Positions 1 to 10,752 of a stretch of DNA of 64,000 bases are shown here, piece by piece. How positions within the stretch are numbered: position 1 is the first letter of the stretch; the number at the start of each line of letters is the position of its first letter. The DNA is taken from contig RQSC01000056.1 of NCBI GenBank assembly GCA_013416795.1, positions 64,047-128,046 on the forward strand, given 5' to 3'. A model generated the notes under the pieces. That model did not search any database. It was not told where the DNA came from and worked only from the letters and a program-made list of their open reading frames with translations. The position numbers and the translations under genes are program-made. The stretch comes from Prasinococcaceae sp. CCMP 1430 (lineage: Eukaryota > Plantae > Prasinodermophyta).

Positions 1-2
1 TC

Positions 3-494
3 AAGGAGGTGCCGAAGTCCAAGAACGAGCAGCAGGTGGCGGCGAAGGAGGAGGAGGAGGACCTGTCACACCTGTCGCTGGAGGAGTGGATCGAGCACAA
101 GCGCGCGGGGCTGGGGCTGTCGAGCGGCGCGCGCGTGCTCCTGACAGACGCGTCCTTCAAGGAGTGGCGGGACAGGATCAACGCGGAGCGCAAACGGGCG
201 GAGGAAGAAGAGCGGGCGAAGCGCTTCAAGGGCAACCGCCTCACGGGCCGGGAGTTCTTCGCGCAGGCCAACCCCGACACCTTCACAAAGGACGACGAAG
301 AGGGCGGCGTCGACCTGCGGCAAGAGTACGGCAAGGCGAGCTCCGACATCGACTCCGAGGAGGAGCCCGAGGAGCTCACGGCAGCGGACGAGGCGGCGCT
401 CGAGGCGCTCGACGAGGCGGACCTCGCGGCGCTGGAGGGCGCCGACGCCGACGCGCTCGCCGCGGAGCTCGAGGGCGCCGCCATCGCCGAGTGA
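3..494 (+). CDS. RWD-domain/GIR2-like (DRG family regulatory) protein, 3' part only
   Basis: Acidic ORF running in from the window edge. It has a charged helix followed by GNRLTGREFF, matching the LTG(K/R)xxF motif of the RWDD1/GIR2 C-terminus, then an acidic tail. Stop at 492-494. Confidence 0.7.
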   Translation, partial: KEVPKSKNEQQVAAKEEEEDLSHLSLEEWIEHKRAGLGLSSGARVLLTDASFKEWRDRINAERKRAEEEERAKRFKGNRLTGREFFAQANPDTFTKDDEEGGVDLRQEYGKASSDIDSEEEPEELTAADEAALEALDEADLAALEGADADALAAELEGAAIAE

Positions 495-913
495 GGCGTG
501 CCGCTATACCCGCGCGTGCACGCGCGCGCCGCCGCGCGCATGGCTTGCGCACAGAAGGACGCGTCGCCGCCGGCCGCGCCAGGCACGGGCGGCGCGCCAC
601 CCTAATTGCGAATAATGATGGGAGCGTACTGTACACGCACCGAGAGGCTCTGGCGCGGGCGAGCGTGCGCGACGGGATCGCGACCCGTTTCTGTCCCGGG
701 CGACCGCGGGTGCGATGGGCGGCGCGGCGTGGCGACCGGGGAGGGCACGAGCGCGCGCGGCGCGCGCCCACGCGGCGCGCGGCAGTGGGAGTCTGTGCGC
801 GCGAGCGTGTGAGAGTACAATGGGGTGCGTTACATATCAAGTGTACAACCGTGCGCACGTGCCTGTTCTTGAGCAACCAGGGGGCAGCTCGTCCCTCGCT
901 CGCACTCGAGCGC

Positions 914-1660
914 TCACGCCCAGCCCTCGACGTTGTGGGCCTTGGCCGCCGCGGCGCGCTGGAAATCGTCCAGCGAGGCCTCGCGCTCCGCTCGTCGGCG
1001 CGCGCGCACCGCGCTGAGGTTCCTGAGCTGCGCTTTGGCGTGGGCGGCCATCTGCGCCGCCTGGGCCGGCGTGATGCGCTCGCGCGTCTCCTCTCCGTAG
1101 ATGGGGTCGTCCCCGGCGATGTTGAAGTCCGCGCGCCTGTTGGGCTTGTCCCGCCCGGTCTTCCTCGCCTGCCGTCGCTGCGCCGCCTTGGCGCGCAGGC
1201 CCGCCATCTGCATCGCGGTGCGCTCCTTGGGCGACATCGGCGTGCCGTCGGCGGGCCTGCCCCCGAGGCCCCCGCCGTTGCGCACAAAGTTGCGCCACTC
1301 CTCCCACGCGCTCCGCCCGCGCGGCAAGCGGCCCACCCTGCGCTGCGCGTCGTACGCGGTCCGCGTCACGTCGTCGCTGAGCAGGTCGAAGGCGAGCTTG
1401 AGCGCCAGGAAGCGCTCCGTCGCCGTGGCCTCGCACGCCGCCACGTCCGCGCCGCCCAGCGCGCACATCCGGTCCGGGTGGAGCTCCTTGGCCGCTCGCC
1501 GGTACGCGCCCCTGATCGCCGCGCTGTCCGCCGAGGGCGTCACGCCGAGCTCGGCGTACAGGTCGGGCCCGGGCCGATCGACCGACCGCGCGCCGGACGC
1601 CGACGCTGCGGATCGCCGCACGGACGCCCGCCTCCCCCTCCGCCCGCGCGCCCATGCCAT
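914..1660 (-). CDS. DnaJ (J-domain) protein
   Basis: J-domain DLYAELGV...IRGAYRRAAKELHPD...FLALKLAFDLLSDDVTRTAYD with an intact HPD motif. The C-terminal region is unassigned. Confidence 0.85.
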   Translation of the reverse strand: MAWARGRRGRRASVRRSAASASGARSVDRPGPDLYAELGVTPSADSAAIRGAYRRAAKELHPDRMCALGGADVAACEATATERFLALKLAFDLLSDDVTRTAYDAQRRVGRLPRGRSAWEEWRNFVRNGGGLGGRPADGTPMSPKERTAMQMAGLRAKAAQRRQARKTGRDKPNRRADFNIAGDDPIYGEETRERITPAQAAQMAAHAKAQLRNLSAVRARRRAEREASLDDFQRAAAAKAHNVEGWA

Positions 1661-2532
1661 CGTCGTTCATTCGCTCCGCGTGTGTGTGCCGATGCGTCGC
1701 AGGCGGGCGAGGGGCTCCGCCGTCGCCTTCCCCCCCGCGCGGCGGCTCCAAAAAACGCGCGCGCGCGCGTCGACCGCTTTCCGCAGTTCTCCCCCCGCGC
1801 GCCGCGCGTGCGTTCCCGCACGCGCTTTCGCGGAACGCGCGCGGCGAAACGCCGACGATTCCGCGCGCTCGTCGCGCCCGCTTTTCCCACGCACGCGGTG
1901 ACTCAGCGGCCTCGGCGCCGGCCACACGCGCGACAAAAATCCCGCATTTCGCGCACATTTTACGCTCTTTGTTAGCTCTTTTCCATATCTTTTGACCTCG
2001 TATACTTTCTGGAATTATTGGGATGTTGTCAGACACATCCGTAAAATCGAATATTCCCGCATGCACTCCCTCCCCCCTGGCGCGCGCAACCGTCGCGGCA
2101 CGCGGGGGACCGCACGCGTGCGTTTTGATGGGACACAGGTCAAAATCAACGCGGAGGGCGCGTTTTGCCATAAAAATCAACGCGAGGCGCGGGCGCAAGT
2201 CAAAGGGCATGCGAGCATGCGGGAAGCTTCCACTGTTGAACCCTCAACCGTAAATCTGCCTTCTGAGGGGTGGGAGGTTGGGGTTGTGTGGAGTTTGCGC
2301 CGGAAGCGTGACAGCGGGCGCACCGAGCCCGGTGCGGGCTGTCTGGGACCGCGCGCGCACACGCAGGCCAGGCCCGGTGGGAGGCATACGCTCCCACTGC
2401 GCCAACCGCGCGCGCCACTCTGAGGGCGTCACCGAGCGAGGCGGCGCCATATTGCGCGCGCGCGTGCGCCAACGTGGGAGCCTGGCAGGGCAGCGGGCGA
2501 CAAAGGTTGTGTGGTCTCTGTCTTCGGCGGCC

Positions 2533-3608
2533 ATGCGCAGTGACAGCGTGCTGGCGTCGAGCGACGATGACTCCGCCGAGCAGCCCGAGGCCGCGCTTCT
2601 GAGCGCTGGGCTCGACAGCGCCGCCGCCGAGCCCGCCGTTGAGCTGGAGGCGGCGCCGCAGGCCACGGGCGCCTCGCGTGGCGACCGGGAGTATGCGGCC
2701 TTGCCACTCGAAGACGAGCAAGAAGTTGAAACGGAGGCACCGCCCGAGCAAGCCATGCAGCCGCCTTCCCAGCCAGTATTGCAGCCTGGTGTCTTCCAAG
2801 TAGATGCACCTGATCGCCCCCTGTCGCTCTGGTACCTCCCGTGCTGCAACGTCGCGAACGACTCCATGTGCCTGTACTACACAATGTGCTCTCACTGCGC
2901 GCACGGTCCGTGCGCGCACGGTACGCGGCGCGTTTGTTCATTATGTGACGGCCGAGCTCCCACCTCACGGCTGGCCGGCTGACACTCTGAGGCGCTCGCG
3001 TTGGAACCACACTGACGCCCATGTTCTCCTTTGCACTCATAGCCGACACCTATGCCGCGTTCGATGCGGTTGAGTTGCTCGATCAAGGGGATGGCTCTGA
3101 GATCGACGACGACACAGTCCGAGAGACGCTCGCAGACGAGTTCACTGCCGGCACTACCTGTCTCAATCCTAATGACAGTCAGTGCATCTTCATGCGCCTT
3201 ATGGCAGTGCCGTGCATCGCATGCATGGGTGTGACGGTTGGCCTCGGCTTATTCGTCCCTGACACGGGCTTTGACTGTTGCACACCATGTTCCGCTTGTT
3301 GCGGCCTTCTGCGGTGGCCGTTAGTGTGCCTGCTTAATTGCGGCCAACCATATGCGGCGACCGTCTTTGGTCTGCTCGGTGGGTACGACCTGCTGTTTTT
3401 TGTTTCGCGTGCTTGCGTCGCCTACCCAAGGCGTCGCCGACTGAGAGAACGCTACGGCATTCCTGCAAGCCAGAACCTGTGCGGGTCCGACCTGCTTACC
3501 AAACTCGTCTGCTGGCACTGCTCGGTAAGTCAGGAGCACAGTTTCGTGCGATCCAAGTACCTCGAGGCGTGCGACCGACTACGAGCGGCAAGAGGGCACG
3601 GCGAGTGA
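2533..3608 (+). CDS. PLAC8-family Cys-rich protein (2 exons: 2533-2920, 3043-3608)
   Basis: Exon 1 ends ...WYLPCCNVANDSMCLYYTMCSHCAH. Intron 2921-3042 (GTACGC...ACTGAC...CATAG) joins in frame. Exon 2 has RRRLRERYGIP...DLLTKLVCWHCSVSQE, the PLAC8 signature. Confidence 0.8.
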
Positions 3609-3944
3609 CTCGCAGTGAGCGTACAGGGAAAATAGTGCACGCCCAACGCTGCCTGCCATACTACTGTGCTAAGCCTGGAGGGGCATGCGCAGTCGTATCA
3701 TGGCTGGCGACTGTTGGCACGCTTGGTGTTTACGACTCGTGCTGCTCACGGCTTGTGCCTTCCGACCGCTGTCGGCGGAGCTCTCTCCTGGCTAGGCGGG
3801 GGCGCGCGGCGGGCGCCACATGATCGCATCGCATCCGCATTTGCGCTTGGGCGTGCGCACATCCGAAGCTGGCCTCAGGCGGTGCCGAGACGTCCCCCGG
3901 CGGCGCCTCGACTCCTTTGGCGGCGGACGGAGACTCGGAGAGAG

Positions 3945-5309
3945 CTACTGCGACCGGAACAGGCCGAGCGACGGCATCCGCCACTCGCCGCCGCTGCGGA
4001 GCGGAAGCTCGGCCCACAGGGTGCAGATGCCGAAGCCGAAGAGCTGGTTCTTTCCCGATCCGGTATCTGGGCCGACCAGCGCCGTGTCGACGGCCTCGGA
4101 CTTGAGCAGCGCGTGCAGGTCGACAGCGGCCGCCACATCCTCGCCGGAGCGTCGCGCCACGCGGGAGCGCAGCAGCGCGGCCATCCCCGCGACGCAGGGC
4201 GAGGCCATCGACGTGCCGTCGTACTCAGCGTACCCGCCGCCCGGCACGCAGCTGATGACGTCCTGACCGTCCGCGGCGACGTCGACGCGCATGTTGGTGT
4301 TGGAGAAGAAGACTCCGTTCTGCGCCGCGGGCGTCACCTCGCCCGTCTCGTCATTGAACTCGCACGCCGCAACGGCCAGCGTTTCCGGGAAGTACGCGGG
4401 ATACGAAATCTCGGGGTCCGAGAGGGCGTCCTTGAGCGACCGTGCCGTCTGCTCGTTGCCTGCGGCGGCGATCAACGCCACGTTGCGGTCGCGCGCGTAC
4501 TTCAGCGCCGCCTGCTGCGCATTAGATGGGAAGCCGCTGCCCAAGCTCATGTTGATGACGTGGCAGCCGTCATCCACGGCGTCCCTGATGGCATTGACGA
4601 TGTCATCCGTGAAGCCCCTTCCGTCCGTACCGAGGACGCGGTAGTCGTACAGCTGCGCCCCTGGCGCCACGCCCGCGAGCAAGTTGTCCTTGGACGGCGC
4701 CGCGGCGATCGTGCCGGCGACGTGCGTGCCGTGGGGGTTGAAGGTGGAGGGGTCCTCGACCTTGCTGCGATCGCCGTTGGCGTTGCGCATGGCGACGTAG
4801 TCGCGGCGCCCGAGCAGCTTGCCCTTGAGCGCCGGGTGGCTGTCGTCGATGCCGGAGTCAATGACGCCAACGACGGTGCCCTGGCCAGTCTGCCCCTGCA
4901 GCCAATACTGGGAGGCGCCGGTGAGCCAGACGGCAGTCGGGACGAAGACCTGCTCGGCTCCATCGAGGAGGCCGTCGCTTGCCGTGTGCGCCTTGAGCGC
5001 ATTCGCGTCCACGTAGACGCCGTAGTGCGCGTCCAGGTTGGCCATGTCCTCCTTGGGGATCTCGTGCAAGGGCGCATCGCTGTCCCAGAGAGCGGGGGGA
5101 GGGCAGGGTCAGAATGCCGTCGGCGCCGCCCGCCACCACTGTGGGGCGTAGAGCGCTTGCTGGCTGGCGTGCTGGAGCGCTCGAACATGCGGCAGCTCAT
5201 GTAATGAGTCGACATACGCATTGACGGGCAGTCGCACGTACCTCGGCAGAGTTGGTGCGCCATCGCCGCTCTGCTGCAGCAGCGGCTTGTCCTCCTCGCT
5301 GGTGCGCAT
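3945..5309 (-). CDS. S8 subtilisin-like serine protease (likely 2 exons: 5309-5242, 5079-3945)
   Basis: Catalytic triad motifs VIDSGID, HGTHVAGTIAA and GTSMASPCVAG, plus oxyanion AAAGN. An in-frame TGA at 5109-5111 is removed by a 162-nt intron (GTACGT...CTGAC...GACAG, 5241-5080). The start codon is tentative. Confidence 0.9.
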
Positions 5310-6118
5310 GTCGCCCTCGTGTTCGCTGCTGCCGCGTTTGGTGCTGCACGGGTGGACAGACCTGCGAGTGTCAGGCCTTGACCGTGCGCGTGCGGCGCGC
5401 GCGGGCGCTACCGCAGGCATGCTGCGCGCGCACGCCACCAGCATCGTCTGCTGCGCTGACCTGGTGGTTCGATCGAAGGCTCGAGGCTGGCTGCGTGGGC
5501 ACGTCGTGCGTAGCACGGGGGTGGGAGGCGCGGTGCGGCGGGTACGCGGTGTGGCACACGCCCCCTCCATCCCGTCATGACACGCTTGGGAGCCGCGGCG
5601 AGCGCCGCGCGCTGCCGCGGCGTCGGCGCGCCGCGCTGCCGTGTTTCGCGTAAGACCCGCACCCAACCAGCTGATATTGTAACGAACTTCTCGGAATGTG
5701 CCAACTCGAGCGTAGCGAATCGTGCGCCGAGCCGCACAGGCCAGCTGGCGCTCGACAGACCGCGCGTCGGCGCTTCCTCGTGGCGCCCGCGCGTATCTCC
5801 AGCGGATCCCCGCTCAGCGCGTGAAGGGCGCGAGTGTGTGTGGGCGTTTCGCCACGCTGCTGACTGGGCCGCAGCCGCGCGGCGAGCAGAAGCGCCTCGC
5901 TCAGCGTCGGTCGGGGAGGCTCAGGATAATGGCAATTTTGGCACGGTCACGAGCACCACGCGTGCTCCACGCACCCACACGTGACGTTGTCGTTGACTTG
6001 GTGCTCCCCAAACAACCAGAAACTGTCATTTTGGTACGCAGTCCATTGCAGCTTGGAACGCGTATGGGACAGTTGGCTCCGTGCTCAGCTCAAGCTCCGA
6101 AGCTGGCGCGCACACTTC

Positions 6119-6577
6119 CAGTGATGCCCCAACGCCAAGGAACGCTGAGGTTGCTGCATGCCGTACGCTTTTTTTCTCAGCTTTGCATCTCCAACGAAAC
6201 CCTCCCTGAACCCCAAACATTGCACCGCAAACGCAGGCGGAGTGGCGGTGCCAGCCACGCCGCACCCGTCCGCGACCTCGGGCCGCGTCACCGCGTTGCT
6301 CATCAAGCAGCGGCTCCCACGCATCTGACGCGAAAAACACGCGTGTGCCGGCGTGCGAGCTCACGTCGGACCATCTGGTGCCAGCGCAGCGCGTGAGCTG
6401 GCCAGCATTCTCTGTTGGATTCGAGCTTTCGTTTTGATGAGCCTCGGATGTCGCAGATGGTTGAGATTTGACATTGCAGGCGAGTTCAAGCCGATGCAAT
6501 TTGATACGGACCCGTTGTGGGAGAACGTGGTGCCATCGGTTTGGCGGTTGGTCGCATTCTCTGTCGAACGACGGCGC
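6119..6577 (+). repeat. ~455-bp dispersed direct repeat, copy 1
   Basis: Colinear with 13680-14141, with long identical stretches such as GCATTCTCTGTTGGATTCGAGCTTT and GTCACCGCGTTGCTCATCAAGCAGCGGCTCC. The copies differ by substitutions and 1-nt indels. Confidence 0.95.
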
Positions 6578-7220
6578 GTCCTCCCGCCCGCAGTGTGCCC
6601 CCGGCGTATCCCTGCGCAAAGATTGCGAGTTTGCTCTTCGCCGCGGGGATGCTGACGCGGCGAGCACACGCTCATGGGCAGCCAATTCAAAGACATTTTG
6701 GTTCCCGCAAGACCTATGTATCGCATCGAACGCGTCTACACGTGGCCGTTGACATGCATCGCCCCACGTAGTCGCCAACTGTTTGTTAATTCTTCCAGCT
6801 GCGATGCGTGCACACTTAAGTGGGTCCTGCCATCAAAACGGTGCGCACGTGCGTGGTGTCACGCCAAGGCGCCCATGCGCCCACCCTACGCCGCCGGCGC
6901 TGCCGCTGTACAGCGCGCGCACTGGCATGCGCGTGCGCGCCCGTCGTGGGCTCATGACGGCTGCGTGCTGGCGACGGCGCCACTGCGCTACCGCGGCGCA
7001 CACAAGTGAGCGCGGAGCGTGACGCACTGCCACCAAGCGAAGGGGCGCGCTGCCACTGAAGGTTGTCGAGAGAGCGAGCGCACACCCCTCTGCCCACTTG
7101 CTGGTGTTGGTAGTGCTCGTGAGAGTGTTGTTGTCCCTGGCCACTGTGTGGCCATCCGTGGCCATCTATCCGGTTTACGTCAGGGTAGTCGCGGTCCATC
7201 GAGTTGGACCCTCGTGCATC

Positions 7221-9454
7221 ATGGCGGAGCCATGCACCAGCCATGCCGCTCCTGGTCAGCGCACGTCAACAGCTGATGAAGACAACATGCAGAAACTACT
7301 AGGTGTCCTCACCGACGCGAGGAGTGGCAACGCATGGAACCATTGGAACGAGCTGGACCCGATCCAAACAGAGGATGTGCCCGCACTTGCTGCCGCAGTG
7401 TCAAACAGCACGAGGCCACTTGGTCAAGACAACATTCACATTTGGGAGTTGTGTGGGCCTTGTGATATGGAGCGAGAGAGCGTGACCGACTGGCGGCGCG
7501 AGGCTCTTCTTCTCCTGGGTTGCAGCCAAGCCATTGCTTTGGCCGCCGAGGACATACGCAGACCGTGGTTGGCGCCTGTGGCGAGCACATTCCTAAGACT
7601 CGGAACTGCACTTCTTGACGCACCCATGCAACGAGTGGTTCGCGCATGGCAACACTGCGTCGATGGCATCATTGAGGTCGCGAGACTGCTGTGCTATTTC
7701 GAACGCAGTGGTGAGGCTGAGCTTGAGAGTGGCAATCGCAGCACGAGCACCGATAGTCGGTGGCGTATTCGGCGCTGGGCATTGAGCAACACAACTCCTG
7801 GACGCGAGATCGACATCGCGCTGCTGCAATTTGCGTTGCTTGGGGCGATTATCACCGAAGAGATCGCAAAAGACTCTCGTGCCAGTCTTGTTACTGCTGC
7901 GCTCGCGCCCGGCCCCTCCTCAACCTCCGAGAGACTGTCCCAAGCAGTGCAGGTGGTGGAACAGAGGTGCGGGATCAAGGAGAGGGTGCCTACGATCCAA
8001 GAGAACGTCAGGACGCTCACGGAACTCAGCGGACCGCATCCACTGTCCGACACGTACGCAAAGCCTGGAACGATGGTAATGGAAAGGTCCGAAGTTGGCG
8101 ATCGCATTTATGCTCTCAAGTCCATGAGAGCGCATGAAATCAACACCTGGCGCGCGTCTATTCCTGAGCAGGCCCAGCTTGCTCTAAAGTTGGTCCGCTT
8201 TCATGTGGGCAACGGCGACTATCCGCACCTGACAGACATGAGGGAGAGGAGATGTGCTTGGTACGATTTTCTCGTCAGGCATGGTGCAGAGCACGTTTCC
8301 GAACAGAAATACGCAGCTGAGCTCTGCCAAGATGTGCAAGTTCTTTGGCGACCGCTATTGGCTTCCAAGGTGAGGGTGACCTACATGAGCGCGCAAGACC
8401 GCAATCTCCTGCTGGGCGCATCGGTAAGAGGCCCGTACTCCGTTGGTGCAGAAGGGAATATCAGAAGGGATTCCTCGGTATCACTCGTGACAGTCTTCGA
8501 GACAGATTATGATGAACCTGGGGATCAGTACAAGTCAGACGCGCAGGCAAGCGAAATGGCCGCCCGCGCGGCCAATGACTACTTCGGAGACCCTGCCGCG
8601 GGCGCCTTTCTCAAGGCGGCTATGGACACGGACGTACTTGAAAAGGCCGATGGCGATTATCGACAGGCACGAAAACATCTCGGTCGTCACCGCCTGGCTC
8701 TGGAGCTCCTGAGTACGATGCTGAACAAGATTGAGACCTTTGGACAGAAAAAAATCAGGACGCAGGTGATGGGCACTACGGACGCCAGTTTAGCCGTGAG
8801 GCTGAAGGCGTCTGCAAAGAATTTTCTCAAATTCGCAACCACATGTTCCTGCCAGACGATGCACTGGAAGGCGTACGTCGTGGAGGTGCACTGGTGGGCG
8901 CTAGGGAGTGACGGGCGCTGGACAACCACTGAGTTCGAGAAGGTGTAGATGACTTGAGTCACCTGCTTTGGCGTTCTCGGTGACGCTACCTACATCGGCC
9001 ATTCGACACATTCGTACAGAGCTCTTCAAGGGCGGCACACAGTCTGCGAGAGCGGCACAAAGCTCTACGAGTCAATACGAACTTGCAAAAGAAGCTCTTC
9101 AAGCCGCTCGCCGAAAGCGGATTTTCCCCCGACTGGCAGCACCACTGGTCACCGCTCTCGCCGTTGCGCGTGTGGGTCTTCGTCTGGGCAGCCATCGAAG
9201 ACGTTGCGCAGATCACCATTCAGCTCATATTCCTGCTCAACGAGTCAGACGACTGTTACCCGACGTACAACGAGGCCACTGGAACGACGGTGTCGATAGT
9301 CTTTGGCGCGCTACGCCTGCTGCTAGACATAGCACTGATTCTTCCGTCGCTCAACCTGAGCAAACGCGCAAACCAGGCTGCCAAGACTGTCGCAAAGCGT
9401 CTACGAAGTGTCCGTACTGCAACCTGCGGCGCAAAGAGCACGGACGAGACCTAG
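7221..9454 (+). CDS. Unknown ~570-aa domain spliced to an XK-like two-helix C-terminal membrane module (exons 7221-8942, 9020-9454)
   Basis: Long ORF 7098-8948, first ATG at 7221. Intron 8943-9019 (AAG|GTGTAG...GTACAG|) is phase 0 on both sides. It joins the ORF in frame to ...LRERHKAL...QKKLFKPLAESGFSPDWQHHWSPLSPLRVW...EDVAQITIQL..., which is paralogous to the end of the LRR gene. Confidence 0.7.
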
Positions 9455-9570
9455 TAACGCACGTGTTCGCGACCTACCTACCGCATAGCGAGGCTGCGGG
9501 CACGAGTCGCACAATTTGAGATTGGGTGCGTGCGACACGAAAGCATCGCAGTCCCAATGCGGGCGCGACA

Positions 9571-9933
9571 TCACCGCGGCGGCGCCTCCCCTCGGCTCCT
9601 CTGAGCGTCCGCGATGATCTGCGCGAGCAGCTCGTCGGGCAGCGCCAGCGCGGCCGGGGTCGCGCCGTCGTCGTTGGCACGACCAGGGTCCGCGCCCCGC
9701 TCGAGCAGCAGAGACACCACGCTCTGCTCCTTGGCCTCGGCGGCCGCTGCCAGCACCGTGTGACCCGTCGCGTCCGTTCTCTCCGGATCCGCGCCGGCGT
9801 CGAGGAGCATGCGCACGCACGCGGCGCGCCCTGCCATCGCCGCGCGGTGCATCGCGGTGAGGCCATTGCGGTCGGCGACGTTGAGTTTGATCGGCTGTCC
9901 CCAGGGCGTGCCGTCGGCGGCGCTGCTGCCTCT
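9571..9933 (-). pseudogene. 5'-truncated duplicate of the ankyrin-repeat gene (last ~2.5 repeats and C-terminus)
   Basis: Near-identical to 18637-18999 (GQPIKLNVADRNGLTAMHRAA...RSRGEAPPR*). Similarity stops abruptly at ~9933. The frame stays open upstream into unrelated sequence, so a chimeric CDS cannot be excluded. Confidence 0.7.
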
Positions 9934-10752
9934 CACAGCACAAAGTCTGGTAGCCAGATAGCACACTCCCGGCGCCCCATCAGCCACGTCTGTGCGCGGT
10001 GCGCGCCCTGCTAATTTTGTTGCAAATTTGTGTACCCCGACAAGCGGATGTGACAACGACATCCTCGGAAGTCGCCAACTTGAACTCCACTTCGCTAGCC
10101 CGCGGCCCCGCACCGGCGCTTCCCCGCGCGTACCTGTAGCGAATCCGCGCGCAGATACGCCCCAGTCGCGAGCAGTGGAAGGCGCTCGATCGACAGACAT
10201 GGTCGCTGTGCTGACGTGGCGAGGACGCGCTTCGGCGACGGCGCGTTCGACCACACGTGCGACGCGGCCTGGCTGGGCAATTGCGGCGCGTCGAAGCGTG
10301 GGGATTCGCCATTGACTGCCCGCGCGTCCCGAGCAACCGTTCCATGGCAATTCTCATAACCGCCTCCCAACTTCGGCCAACGGTGTGCGATTTTTCTAAA
10401 CCCCAATGTCGGTGTGCACGACGGATTTGGCTATTGCTGCATTGCAGGAGCGCCCGCACAGCGCGCGCGCTGACAGCGCTGGCTGGCGCGCAGAAGCGCA
10501 CGCGCATGACGCGCGTGCGCGGGCGCCGCTAGAGCGCTCGCGCCGCGTCGCGCGCTCTCGTCTGAGGCAGCCAGTGGGATACGACGTCGCGGGGCGGGAC
10601 TTGGATCGCCCACCCTCCCTGGGGCCTGCGCCGAACGGGCCCGCGCTCCTTCCGCGCCTCCGGCCGCCCGCGCGGTCCCGCTGCCACATTGCGCGACCCA
10701 CACGCTTCGCGCACCGACAACCACACTACGCAAAACTTGCACCAGAGTGATC

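Noticed and set aside
86-1975. 629-aa + strand ORF and many similar long R/A/P/G-rich ORFs (e.g. 19968-21017, 22080-23690, 22664-24283, 47354-49360, 54507-55262)
   Set aside because: They are antisense or alternative-frame shadows of real genes, caused by stop-codon scarcity in very GC-rich DNA. They show no domain motifs.
5109-5111. In-frame TGA upstream of the subtilase as readthrough or selenocysteine
   Set aside because: It is part of a CTGAC branch point inside a well-formed 162-nt GT-AG intron.
6026-6778. ORFs overlapping the 455-bp repeat as a transposase or retroelement gene
   Set aside because: There are no DDE, RT, tyrosine-recombinase or gag motifs, frames are broken differently in the two copies, and no TIR, LTR or TSD was seen.
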